Below are positions 19,832 to 29,291 of a DNA stretch of 64,000 bases, piece by piece. The stretch spans positions 17,718 through 81,717 of the forward strand of contig DJFE01000015.1 in assembly GCA_002432025.1 (NCBI GenBank), read 5' to 3'. Position 1 is the first letter of the stretch. Every line of letters begins with the position of its first letter. The DNA comes from Candidatus Avelusimicrobium stercoris. Lineage in GTDB: Bacteria > Elusimicrobiota > Elusimicrobia > Elusimicrobiales > Elusimicrobiaceae. The notes beneath the pieces were generated by a model. It was not told where the DNA came from, did no database searches, and saw nothing but the letters and a program-made list of their open reading frames with translations. The translations under genes and the position numbers were made by a program.

Positions 19832-22195
19832 TTACATCATATTGGAAATATTGAAATAGAAATGCGACCGGTCTTCATTATTTTTGTGGTTTAAACCATA
19901 GCCCCAGTCAATACGGATAGGCAGCGAAGGAGTGGTAAAGCGCAAGCCTACGCCCACGCCTGCCTTAAACTGCTCTTCCTTGGACCCTAAGGAAAAGTCC
20001 AAATCGCTAAATTTGTTCCACGAGTTACCGAGGTCAAAGAAGAAGGCGAACTGGGCCATATTTCTCCGTCCTTCGCGCGCAATCGGGAAGCGCAATTCGG
20101 CGTTCATTACATAATACATATCGCCGCCGTATTTGGGGCCGATTTCGCCCGCGCGTTCGTACCCGCGAATCGTGTCCGCACCGCCCAAGAAGAACTTTTC
20201 ATACGGCGGTACTTCCGTGGTGCGCCCGTAGGCCTGCACGGAGCCGAATTTGTTGGACAGCACAAATACAATCGGGTAGTTGCCGCCCACATTAAGCACG
20301 GTATAGTTAAAAATGGAGCGGGCGTTTAAGTACCACAAATCCAGGTCGCCGCCAATCGGGCCACCTGCCAAGGCGAGGCCCAAGGAATTGCGCCAGCCCT
20401 GCGTGGGGTCCCACATATTGTCGCGGGTATCTACGGCAAAATCCGCGCTGATAGTGGAAAGATTGGTTTTGCCTTTTTCAATGCACTCTCCGGTTTTCTT
20501 GTCCGGCGTGCAAACAAAGCGTTGGTCAATATCGTAAATATCAATATTTTCAAACGAGTAACCAAAGGACAGTTGGTAAATGTCGTCGTTAAAGCGCGGG
20601 CCGACTTTCACGCGTCCGCCAATGCGTTTTTCCGTATAGGCTTGGTTCTCATCGGCGAACGAGCGGTAGCGGCGCGTGTTGAACAAATCCACGCCCAAGG
20701 AGGTCGGCTTGTCGTAGATCCACGGGGTGGACCAACTGACGGTATAATCCAAAATTTCCTTACCGAACATCGTGCGCAAAGACAAACGCTGCGCGCGGCC
20801 AAAAAGGTTCATATGGTTGATAGACAGTTCGCCGTACAGCCCGTCCATAGAACTCATCGCCAAGCCGGCGGTGAACATCCCCGGGCGGCCCTCTACGACG
20901 TTAAAACCAAGATCCACTTTTTGCGGGTCGGCGGTGGGCTGTAAATCTACTTGCACGTCGTTAATAAAGCCCAAGTTCATAATTTTGGTCTGGCTGCGCT
21001 TAATTTTGGCGTTATCGTACAAGTCGCCGGGGTGAATAGAAAGTTCGCGCGTAAAGACGTATTTTTTTGTGTTTTCGTAACCGGTAACATCTACATTGTC
21101 AATGTAAAAAATGCGGCCTTCGGCAATGTCAAAGGTCAAATTGAGTTTGCCGTTTTCAATATGTTTGACGGGGTTTACGCGCGCCTGCAAATAGCCTTTG
21201 TCGGCGTATTGCTCTTGGATGGCGGTAATCGTATCGTCAAAATCTTTTTGGTTGTAGAGGTGCCCTTCGCGGAAGAAGACTTGTTTTTTAAGTTCTTCGG
21301 GCGTAAAAACATTGTTGCCTTCAAACGAAACCGTGCCGAAGTCCACCTTTTCGCCTTCGGTTAAATCGTAGGAAATATTAGCTTCGGTTTTGTCGTCGTT
21401 CAATTGCACTTGCGGCTCGGAAAGGTTAAATTCGCTGTACCCTTTGTTGCGGCCGAAGAGCATCATTTTTACCCAGTCGCGCTGTAAATTTTGCGGTTTG
21501 AATACCTTGCCGGGGCGGTTGGAAGCCTTTTTTAAGATTTTTTCCGTCGGAAGTTCTCCGCCGCCGTTGATGGTAACGTCCTTTACGCGCACGCGTTCGC
21601 CCTCGTTAATGATGAGTTTTACATACACGACGCCCAATTTTTCGTCGGTGGTCAGTTCATAGGTAATCTGCGTGTTGACGTAGCCTTTTTCGGCGTATTT
21701 GGCTTTAATGCGGTCCAAATCCGCCTGCAATTTGGCTTCGTTAAAGGGGTCTTTTAGTTTGAGGGTCATCGCTTGCGTAATGGCGCCTTTGCCCAAGTGT
21801 TTGCGTCCGTCGTAAGTCAGGCGGTCAAAAATCGGTTTTTCTTTGACGATGTAGGTCAGACGGTGGCAGGGATAAACTTCGGCGCCATCCTTTGCCTTGC
21901 GGGTGCCGGAGGCTGGGGAAATGTCTATTTCCACGCTGTCAAACGCGCCCAAGGCGGAAATATCGCGGATATCGTCGGACACGGTAAAGCGTTCGTACAG
22001 TTCACCTTTTTTTGCGTGCCCGGTTTTGGTAATGGTTTTTTTGCGGATATTTTTTAGGCCGTCTGCGTCTATGCTGCAAATCATCCACGGGCCGTTGGGG
22101 TCTATTTCTTGGGTTTGGGCATTTTCCGCGCGCGCGTACGAAAAAGCCGTCAATGCGGTGAGTAACAAAACTGCCCAGCGTTTGGAAAATGTCAT
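19832..22195 (-). CDS. bamA: Outer membrane protein assembly factor BamA
   Basis: POTRA repeats, NLFGRAQ, FFLGGADTIRGY, barrel C-terminus 'GVGLRFTTPSLPIRIDWGY'; start taken at ATG 22195. Confidence 0.93.
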   Translation of the reverse strand: MTFSKRWAVLLLTALTAFSYARAENAQTQEIDPNGPWMICSIDADGLKNIRKKTITKTGHAKKGELYERFTVSDDIRDISALGAFDSVEIDISPASGTRKAKDGAEVYPCHRLTYIVKEKPIFDRLTYDGRKHLGKGAITQAMTLKLKDPFNEAKLQADLDRIKAKYAEKGYVNTQITYELTTDEKLGVVYVKLIINEGERVRVKDVTINGGGELPTEKILKKASNRPGKVFKPQNLQRDWVKMMLFGRNKGYSEFNLSEPQVQLNDDKTEANISYDLTEGEKVDFGTVSFEGNNVFTPEELKKQVFFREGHLYNQKDFDDTITAIQEQYADKGYLQARVNPVKHIENGKLNLTFDIAEGRIFYIDNVDVTGYENTKKYVFTRELSIHPGDLYDNAKIKRSQTKIMNLGFINDVQVDLQPTADPQKVDLGFNVVEGRPGMFTAGLAMSSMDGLYGELSINHMNLFGRAQRLSLRTMFGKEILDYTVSWSTPWIYDKPTSLGVDLFNTRRYRSFADENQAYTEKRIGGRVKVGPRFNDDIYQLSFGYSFENIDIYDIDQRFVCTPDKKTGECIEKGKTNLSTISADFAVDTRDNMWDPTQGWRNSLGLALAGGPIGGDLDLWYLNARSIFNYTVLNVGGNYPIVFVLSNKFGSVQAYGRTTEVPPYEKFFLGGADTIRGYERAGEIGPKYGGDMYYVMNAELRFPIAREGRRNMAQFAFFFDLGNSWNKFSDLDFSLGSKEEQFKAGVGVGLRFTTPSLPIRIDWGYGLNHKNNEDRSHFYFNISNMM

Positions 22196-22273
22196 TTGAT
22201 CCTCGGGTCTGTTTTTTAATAAAAAAGCCCGCACTCATAGGAAAGCACGGGCTGGTTTTTCCAAAAAATTGGA

Positions 22274-22468
22274 TTATTTGGTAGGTCTTTTCGCCAAACC
22301 GCTTTTAATGCAGCCAGTGCAAACATAGGCAGTTTGCGTTTTGCCTTCTAGCACTACTTTCTGCTTTTGGAGGTTCGGTTTAAAACTTCTTTTGGTTCTC
22401 ATATTGGAGTGGCTGTAAGAACCGCCGGAAACCGGGGTTTTGCCACACACTGCACATTTATACGCCAT
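22274..22468 (-). CDS. rpmB: 50S ribosomal protein L28
   Basis: CAVCGK...SHS..RTKR.FKPNLQ...VCTGCIKS. Confidence 0.96.
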   Translation of the reverse strand: MAYKCAVCGKTPVSGGSYSHSNMRTKRSFKPNLQKQKVVLEGKTQTAYVCTGCIKSGLAKRPTK

Positions 22469-22540
22469 AGGTTCCTTCCTTGATAACTGAATTAAATTTC
22501 GCTCTTATATTCTAGTAAATAAAGGCCGCTGTGTCTAGTC

Positions 22541-23476
22541 CTAAGCCGCTTTGGGCGGGAAGATTTTGCTGGCCAAAATAGACAGCGCCAAAATCCCCAC
22601 GATAACGCCCAGCGAGGCCACAATCGGAAAAGGAACGAAATGCGACAGGAGCATTTTTACGCCTACAAAGAATAAGATAACGGAAATGCCGTATTTGAGG
22701 TATGGGAATTTGCCCGCCATACCGGAAAGCAAAAAGTACAGCGAGCGCAAGCCGATAATGGCAAAAATGTTTGACGAATACACCAAAAAGGTATCCTGCG
22801 TGATAGATAAAACCGCCGGGATAGAGTCCACTGCAAAAATCAGGTCGGACATTTCAATCACCATTACCGCCGCCAACAGCGGGGTGGCCATACGCTTGGC
22901 GTTTTCCAGCACGAAGAAGTTTTCCCCGTGGTAGTCGGTTTTAATGGGCATTACCTTTTTAAGGAGTTTTAAAATAAAGGATTGGCTGGGGTCAAAATCG
23001 TCGTCTTCCTTTTGCAGCAACATTTTTGCTGCCGTAAAGATAAGCAGCGCTCCGAAGACATAAATCGTCCACGAAAAGAGCGAGATTAACTGTACGCCCA
23101 AGAAGATAAACATAAAGCGTAATATGACCGCACCCAAAATGCCCCATAAAAGGGCCTTGGGCTGTAATTCGTGCGGAATAGCAAAATAGCCGAAAATCAT
23201 AATAAACACGAACATATTATCTACGGACAAGGAATATTCCAGCACATAGCCCGTGTAAAATTCCAATGCGTGGCGCGGCCCTTCCACCAACCAAATCGCC
23301 CCGCCAAAGAGAAGCGCCAGCGATATCCACGCGCACACCATTAGTGCGGCTTCCTTCATATTTACCTTGCCGTGGTGCTTATTCAGCACGGCCAAATCAA
23401 TAAACAACGCCGCCAGAACGATTACCCAAAAGGCAATCCACATAGCAACGGATACGGTAGTAGTTACAGGTTCCAT
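22541..23476 (-). CDS. TerC/Alx family metal-homeostasis membrane protein
   Basis: EYSLSVDNMFVF, WGILGA, DLIFAVDSIPA, SNIFAIIGLRSLYF. Confidence 0.92.
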   Translation of the reverse strand: MEPVTTTVSVAMWIAFWVIVLAALFIDLAVLNKHHGKVNMKEAALMVCAWISLALLFGGAIWLVEGPRHALEFYTGYVLEYSLSVDNMFVFIMIFGYFAIPHELQPKALLWGILGAVILRFMFIFLGVQLISLFSWTIYVFGALLIFTAAKMLLQKEDDDFDPSQSFILKLLKKVMPIKTDYHGENFFVLENAKRMATPLLAAVMVIEMSDLIFAVDSIPAVLSITQDTFLVYSSNIFAIIGLRSLYFLLSGMAGKFPYLKYGISVILFFVGVKMLLSHFVPFPIVASLGVIVGILALSILASKIFPPKAA

Positions 23477-23551
23477 TATTTCTCCAGTATTATAGTAAGA
23501 ATAATAAAAATTATAGCAATTTATGAAAAGTGATTATGCTAGGAAGGGGGG

Positions 23552-23774
23552 AAAAGACATAAAATAAGCCGAGAATGGGGCCCCCTACGGTCATTTTGCT
23601 GACGCAAAATGCCTCCGGGCCGGCCCTCGCGGTTTTTGCCTTTCGGGCTCGCCTATATGGCCAGCGCCTCAAACAAAAACATCGCTCCGGGCTTCGCCTC
23701 CCAACGCAAGCAAAGCAGTTTGCTTGCTTTCCCGGCCTAATTGAAAAAAAGACATAAAATAAGCCGAGAATGGG
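23552..23774. repeat. tRNA-linked element bounded by 28-bp direct repeats that include the tRNA-Thr 3' end
   Basis: aaaagacataaaataagccgagaatggg at 23552-23579 and 23747-23774; the interior is rich in hairpins. Confidence 0.8.
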
Positions 23775-23834
23775 AGTCGAACCCACAACCTACGGTTTAC
23801 AAAACCGTTGCTCTGCCAGTTGAGCTATCTCGGC
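23762..23834 (-). tRNA. tRNA-Thr (anticodon TGT), CCA not encoded
   Basis: Reverse complement GCCGAGATAGCTCAACTGGCAGAGCAACGGTTTTGTAAACCGTAGGTTGTGGGTTCGACTCCCATTCTCGGCT folds as a cloverleaf; anticodon stem ACGGT/ACCGT, loop TTTGTAA. Confidence 0.96.
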
Positions 23835-23914
23835 GTTTTACGGATAATATATCTTATCATTTTTTTTGCTGGGCTCCAACCCGTATATGATAAAATAAAC
23901 TCATAGGAGAATTT

Positions 23915-25621
23915 ATGAAAAAAACAATCGTGATGTCCCTTTTTCTGTTATTTGGGCTCTCTGCCTTTGCCCAGAATAACTGTAAAATTGCTGACGAACT
24001 CCCCATTAAATTAATGTCAGCCGAAATAAAACGCGGGTTTAAAACCTTTAAAAAGCAAAATCCGCCCTTGTATTACTTGTCCTACCAATATTATACCAGC
24101 GATTTTTCCCGTATATCGGTAGCAGAAGAGGCTGCATCATCTGATCGGAGAGGTTTGCAGCGGACCCAATTAACCGTACTTCCCCGTGTAGGTTCGCCTG
24201 CGTTGGACAATACCCGCCGTTTAACAGCGATGAGTTCTGTTGACGACAGACTGACAAGAGAAGAAATGCCGGCAATTTCAGGCGACGGAAAGGCTTTTTC
24301 TACCGCCTTGTGGCGGGCGACGGATGCGGCTGTAAAAAAGGCCCAGGAAGACCTGGATGGCGTAAAGGCCGAAAAATTAACGGCCCCCAAACGCTTTGAC
24401 GATTCCCCCGATTTTGCTTATCCGCCGGTGGAACATTTTTGCCGTACGACGGAATTTGCTACCTTTGACTATGATAAAATCAAGGCGATGTTGGTAAAAG
24501 CCTCTGCGCTTACCAAAGGGAAAAAGTTTATTTTGGATTCAGACTTTTCCTTTGAGCGCGAAGTGGGCTACCGCTATTTTGTGGATTCCCGCGGCACGCA
24601 GTTAAAAACCCCGCAACAAGAGGTGCGCTTGTCATATATAGTGTCGGGTAAAACGGAAAACGGACAAGAAGTTTCCCGTTATGAAGGGTACGATGTTTTG
24701 CGCCCCGAAGAATTGCCGAGTGAGGAAAAATTGTTAGCCGATGTCCGCAAATCCATTGACGAATTGGAGCAACTGGTTAATGCTCCCGAAGGTGAACCCT
24801 TGGAAGCACCTACCCTTTTAAAGGGGCGTGCAATGGCGGTTTTCGTGCACGAAGTATTGGGGCACCGTATGGAAGGACACCGTCAAAAAATGGAAGATTT
24901 TGGGCGCACTTTTACGGATAAAATCGGTCAGCAGGTGGTCTCCCCCATTTTAACGATTGTGGATGATGCCACCTTGGCCTATTTTAATGGCGAACCGATG
25001 CGCGGTTTTTACGAGTATGACGAAGAAGGCGTAAAGGCCCGCCCGGTTACCTTGGTGGAAAAAGGGGTGCTCAAAAACTTTTTAATGAGCAGCAGCCCAA
25101 TTAAAAATTTCCCGGCTTCCAACGGACACGGCCGCGGAGACTCTTATAATCGCCCAGTGGCCCGTATGGCCGTTACGCGCGTGATTGCCGAAGAGACCGT
25201 CCCCTATGAGGAACTGGAACAAAAGTTCTTGCAGGAAATCAAACGTCAAAACAAGCCTTATGGTTTTATGATTGAAGATTTATCCGGCGGCTTTACAATG
25301 ACGGAAACCTATCTGCCACAAAGTTTTAAATTGGAACCGACCTTGATGTACCGCGTCTATCCCGACGGGCGCAAAGAGGTCGTCCGCGGATTGGATATGG
25401 TGGGCACGCCGCAGGTAAGTTTTAATAAAGTGCTGGGCGCCGCAAACGATTACAAAGTCTTTAACGGTTCGTGCGGGGCCGAATCCGGCTGGGTGCCGGT
25501 GTCGGGCATTGCCCCCAGCGTACTGTTAGAATCTATGGAAATGGAAAAGAAGAGTAAGAGTACGGAAAAGCCTCCGCTGCTGCCGCCCCCTTATTCTTTG
25601 AATAAAGGAGTCTCCAAATGA
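23915..25621 (+). CDS. TldD/PmbA family metalloprotease (catalytic-type subunit) with signal peptide
   Basis: HEVLGHRMEG zinc motif, YDEEGV, SNGHGR, GSCGAESG; N-terminal signal peptide. Confidence 0.85.
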   Translation: MKKTIVMSLFLLFGLSAFAQNNCKIADELPIKLMSAEIKRGFKTFKKQNPPLYYLSYQYYTSDFSRISVAEEAASSDRRGLQRTQLTVLPRVGSPALDNTRRLTAMSSVDDRLTREEMPAISGDGKAFSTALWRATDAAVKKAQEDLDGVKAEKLTAPKRFDDSPDFAYPPVEHFCRTTEFATFDYDKIKAMLVKASALTKGKKFILDSDFSFEREVGYRYFVDSRGTQLKTPQQEVRLSYIVSGKTENGQEVSRYEGYDVLRPEELPSEEKLLADVRKSIDELEQLVNAPEGEPLEAPTLLKGRAMAVFVHEVLGHRMEGHRQKMEDFGRTFTDKIGQQVVSPILTIVDDATLAYFNGEPMRGFYEYDEEGVKARPVTLVEKGVLKNFLMSSSPIKNFPASNGHGRGDSYNRPVARMAVTRVIAEETVPYEELEQKFLQEIKRQNKPYGFMIEDLSGGFTMTETYLPQSFKLEPTLMYRVYPDGRKEVVRGLDMVGTPQVSFNKVLGAANDYKVFNGSCGAESGWVPVSGIAPSVLLESMEMEKKSKSTEKPPLLPPPYSLNKGVSK

Positions 25622-27225
25622 AGAAATTTTTACTTTTTACCCTTTTAGCGCTTTCCCTGCCCGTGGGGGCTGAAAAGTTGCCGGATAATATATATTTCCG
25701 CGCAATGCAGGACGAAATGAAACGCACCGTAAAGGAACTGCGTACGAAAGAAAAGGACGGACAAAAGCCCTTTTATGTGGCGTATAAGTTGACAGCGTCC
25801 TTGGGGGGATTTAGCCTTTCTGCTTCTATGGGCAGTCCATTGCCGAGTTTTCCCTTTGGCTATACTGTGTCGGCAGATGTGCTGGTAGATGTGGGTTCCG
25901 AGCAGCACGACAGTTTAGGTTTTTATCGTAACCGGTGGGAAGGCTATTCTCCTACCAGTACTTATGTTATGCCTACTGGATATGATGGTATCCGTCAAGG
26001 TTTGTGGCAAGCCACCAACACAGAGTTCGTAAAAGCCAACGAACTGTATAAAGAAAAACAAGCCTATAAACGCAAAAAGAACTTATTAAACGAAAAGACG
26101 CCCGACTTTGCTCCGGCTGCGCAGTCTTCGTATGTGGAGGAAATTAAACCGTTGCCCTACCCCGATATGCAGGTTTGGCAGGATGTGGTAAATAAGTTGT
26201 CCGCACAAGGGAAGGATTTGCCGTATGTGGAAAAATTAGAGGTATCTGTACAATTCTTCCAAGAAGGAACTTATTATCTAAACAGCGCGGGCGGATTTTA
26301 TCAAACCTTTTATCCGATGGGCTATGTCTATTGGACGGCTGTTTTGCATACTAAGGACGGATACAAGGATACGGAAAATGAGTATTTGAACTTATCGTCT
26401 TGGAACGTGGCAGATAATGAAAAGCGGTTGCAGGAAAAAACGGATCAGTTTTTAGCGAACATTAAACAGCATTACCAAGCGCAAAAGGGTACGGCCTATT
26501 TAGGCCCGGTGCTGTTTACAAAACAGGCCGCAAGTGATTTTATGGGCCTTTTAATTCGGGGCGTGGAAAAGAATAAGCCCTTGCTTTCCGCCGCGTATGA
26601 GGACGACCCCGAAGCGGGGGAACTGCGCAATAAAGTAGGTATGCGCGTAATGTCCCCGGTGGTGGATGTGTACGACAGACCGCATTTGCGCGAGTTTAAA
26701 GGCCGCCGGCTGCCCAACTTTGCCCCGGTGGACGACGAAGGCGTGGCTACGCAGGATTTGACGATTGTATCCGGCGGAAAACTGGTGCAACTGCCCTCTT
26801 CCCGCCGCTCCGTTAAAAAAGAGGAAAAGAGCAACGGGCACGCGTTCTTTCGCAATGCCTATCCCCGTGAAATGCTGACGACGGTGCTAGTGGAGCCCAA
26901 AAACCCTTTGAGCAAAAAAGAACTGGAAGAAAAACTGCTTTCCCGCTGTAAGGAGTTGGAACTGGACTACTGCTATATTGTGCCGAATATGAGCGGAAAG
27001 GACGCGATGATAGAGCGTATCTATACGGCGGACGGACACAAGGAGCCGGTAACCGGGTTGGAAATTTCCAACCTGACTACCCGCGCCCTGCGGGATATTT
27101 TAGCCGCCGGGGACGACAGCGATTCGTATTCAAATGTGATTGTTTCCTCTCTTCTCGTAGATGAAATTGAACTCTTGCCCAGCGACCGCCGCCCGGACAG
27201 AAAGCCGTTTATTGCCCGTCCGTAA
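25618..27225 (+). CDS. TldD/TldE-related protein (no HExxH) with signal peptide
   Basis: RAMQDEMKR, PFYVAY, YLGPVLF, VDDEGV, SNGHA; overlaps the upstream paralog (ATGA). Confidence 0.75.
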   Translation: MKKFLLFTLLALSLPVGAEKLPDNIYFRAMQDEMKRTVKELRTKEKDGQKPFYVAYKLTASLGGFSLSASMGSPLPSFPFGYTVSADVLVDVGSEQHDSLGFYRNRWEGYSPTSTYVMPTGYDGIRQGLWQATNTEFVKANELYKEKQAYKRKKNLLNEKTPDFAPAAQSSYVEEIKPLPYPDMQVWQDVVNKLSAQGKDLPYVEKLEVSVQFFQEGTYYLNSAGGFYQTFYPMGYVYWTAVLHTKDGYKDTENEYLNLSSWNVADNEKRLQEKTDQFLANIKQHYQAQKGTAYLGPVLFTKQAASDFMGLLIRGVEKNKPLLSAAYEDDPEAGELRNKVGMRVMSPVVDVYDRPHLREFKGRRLPNFAPVDDEGVATQDLTIVSGGKLVQLPSSRRSVKKEEKSNGHAFFRNAYPREMLTTVLVEPKNPLSKKELEEKLLSRCKELELDYCYIVPNMSGKDAMIERIYTADGHKEPVTGLEISNLTTRALRDILAAGDDSDSYSNVIVSSLLVDEIELLPSDRRPDRKPFIARP

Positions 27226-27252
27226 TGCGCGAATTTCATTAGGCGCTAAACT

Positions 27253-27289
27253 AATCCCCCGGCATTATACCGCCGGGGGATTGCTTTTT
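27253..27289 (+). terminator. Intrinsic terminator
   Basis: aatcccccggc-attatacc-gccgggggatt followed by gcttttt. Confidence 0.7.
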
Positions 27290-27295
27290 AAAATA

Positions 27296-27334
27296 GTAGT
27301 TATTTCCGAAAGTTGTAGTCGGAAATCTGTTGTT
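27296..27334 (+). repeat. Solo copy of the 39-nt palindromic repeat
   Basis: gtagttatttccga-aagttgtag-tcggaaatctgttgtt aligns without gaps to 14544-14582. Confidence 0.75.
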
Positions 27335-27364
27335 ATCTCATCAAATGGTTAAACCGCAGAATTT

Positions 27365-28348
27365 TTATAAGGGGTTATCTGCCAGCAGTTTTCCGGCTAC
27401 CCGGCCGATAAAGGTTTCCGGGTTTTGCGCTTGTACGGCCAGCATATGGCGTCGGGCGGTTTTCAGGTCGCCCAAGTGAAACTCGTCCATTGCCAAAATA
27501 AACAAGGCCAGTTGGTTTTTGGGTGATATTTTTAGGATTTCCCGGGCCGTTTGGCTGGATTCTTTGTATTGCCCGGCCTCATTTTGCCACAAAGCCTTGT
27601 TGGCAAGTAAATCTTCCCGCTGGGGGGCAAGCAGTAAGGCGGCGTCAATGTCCTCCAACGCTTTCTGGTAGCGTTTTAAGCCACGTGCCGCCTTGGCGCT
27701 TACCAGCCAAAAATCAGGAGATGTATTGTCTTGCATTAGGGCCATTGTAATATGGATAAAGGCCTCTTGGTAATTGCTTTGGCTCAAAAAGGTGTTAGCA
27801 TAGCGGTCGCGGTACTGCGGCTCTGCTTGCGGGTTTAAGGCAAAGAACTGGTCGTAATAGTACCGGGCTTTGGAGTAAAACCCCAAGGTGGTGTAGTTGG
27901 CGGCTTGGCCCGAAAGTGCTTCCAAATTATCCGGCTCCTCTTGCAAAACTTGGTTGTACAGGTCCATAGAGCGGTTAGTCAGTTCCGTGCGCTGGTAGAG
28001 GCTGGCGGCGGCCAATAGCAAGGGGACATTTTTCGGGTGGAACTCCAACGCTTCCAAATAAATGTCTAGCGCTTTACTTAAATTGCCCAGTTGTTCGTAA
28101 CTTTTGCCCAATAAGCGGTAGGCGCGGGCCTCGCGGCGTTTGACGTTTTTGGTCTTGTAAATATATTCGGAAAGTTCCTCAATGGCCCTAGTATAGTGCC
28201 CTTCGTTATACAAGTCGCGGGCGCGGATATAATCCTGCCTGTCTCCGCGCGGAGCCATCCCCAAGAAGCCCGTCTGCGCGGTAGAACAGCCGCCCAGGCA
28301 CAGGGCGGCCAGTACAAAAGATAATAAAATGTTACGGTTTAAGTACAT
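27365..28348 (-). CDS. Tetratricopeptide repeat lipoprotein
   Basis: Lipobox LGGC and multiple TPR motifs (AYRLLGKSYEQLGNLSKALDIYLEALEFHP); start reassigned to ATG 28348. Confidence 0.8.
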   Translation of the reverse strand: MYLNRNILLSFVLAALCLGGCSTAQTGFLGMAPRGDRQDYIRARDLYNEGHYTRAIEELSEYIYKTKNVKRREARAYRLLGKSYEQLGNLSKALDIYLEALEFHPKNVPLLLAAASLYQRTELTNRSMDLYNQVLQEEPDNLEALSGQAANYTTLGFYSKARYYYDQFFALNPQAEPQYRDRYANTFLSQSNYQEAFIHITMALMQDNTSPDFWLVSAKAARGLKRYQKALEDIDAALLLAPQREDLLANKALWQNEAGQYKESSQTAREILKISPKNQLALFILAMDEFHLGDLKTARRHMLAVQAQNPETFIGRVAGKLLADNPL

Positions 28349-29291
28349 AAGGCAACGCAAAAAGCAGGATGTCTTCCTGCATTTCTCCCATATGGCGGTT
28401 GGCTTCCTGTAAGCCGACTTCGCCCGCTTTGTGTAATTTATCAAGTTCCAAGGTTCCTACGTCTAACACGCGGTTGGTGATGACAAAGTTGGCCTTGTGG
28501 GCGGATTCTTCAATCATAGCGGCCCCGCGCACATCGCCCACGCGCAGTAAATAGGCGGCGATGGACTTGGGCGTGTCGGAATAAAAATCAGGCGGTGTGA
28601 TAGAGGCAATAATGTAGTCCGCCCCCATAGATTTAACGGACTCTACGGGCAGATAATCCACCACGGCTCCGTCCACCAGTTCGCGGTGGCGGTATTTTAC
28701 CGGGGCAAATACACCCGGCAGGTTCATACTGGCGCGCACGGCAATAGCCAGCGGGCCCGAATCAAATACCACGCGTTCCCCGGTTTTAACGTCCATTGCC
28801 GCGCAGGAAAACGGGATTTGCGTGTCCTCAAACTGCATATCACCGATTTGTTCGTGAAAGAAATTAACTAGGTTGGAAGAGGTGGGCAAGCGTTTGGCAA
28901 ATAACAGGCGGAAGAGGCCCATTACGTTAAAGTCGGACGTGATTTTGTCCATTGTCATATGCTCGCCGATGGTCCACAGTTTTTCCGTGGGGAGCCCCGC
29001 CGCGTAGAGCGAACCCACCACAGAGCCCATAGAGGTACCCGAAATCATATCCACGGGCACTTGGGCGTTGTTGAGGGCTTCCAGCACGCCGACGTGGGCA
29101 AAACCGCGCACCCCGCCCGCCGATAAGGCTACGCCGATTTTGGGTCGTTCGCTCTTGGGCAGCGCCGTAAATTTATCCCACAAAAAATGGCGTAAGATAT
29201 CGTCGTCCGTTTCTCGCTCTATGGCAAGGGCCGGCCACGCGGTCAGCAGGCACAAGAGCAAGGCGGCGGACCGCTTTAAGAGGCCAATCAT
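28332..29291 (-). CDS. Patatin-like phospholipase with signal peptide
   Basis: ALSAGGVRGFAHVG, GTSMG nucleophile elbow, AS...PG.F.P, DGA; start ATG 29291. Confidence 0.9.
   Translation of the reverse strand: MIGLLKRSAALLLCLLTAWPALAIERETDDDILRHFLWDKFTALPKSERPKIGVALSAGGVRGFAHVGVLEALNNAQVPVDMISGTSMGSVVGSLYAAGLPTEKLWTIGEHMTMDKITSDFNVMGLFRLLFAKRLPTSSNLVNFFHEQIGDMQFEDTQIPFSCAAMDVKTGERVVFDSGPLAIAVRASMNLPGVFAPVKYRHRELVDGAVVDYLPVESVKSMGADYIIASITPPDFYSDTPKSIAAYLLRVGDVRGAAMIEESAHKANFVITNRVLDVGTLELDKLHKAGEVGLQEANRHMGEMQEDILLFALPYVLKP

Noticed and set aside
23477..23760. yybP-ykoY (Mn2+) riboswitch upstream of terC
   Set aside because: Expected from the gene family, but I could not identify its conserved motifs. 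terC has its own TATAAT close to the RBS, and the structure is better explained by the tRNA-linked duplication. An Rfam scan would settle it.
23511..23786. 91-aa ORF with repeated PILGLFYVF
   Set aside because: It starts inside the tRNA; the peptide repeat simply reflects the 28-bp DNA duplication.
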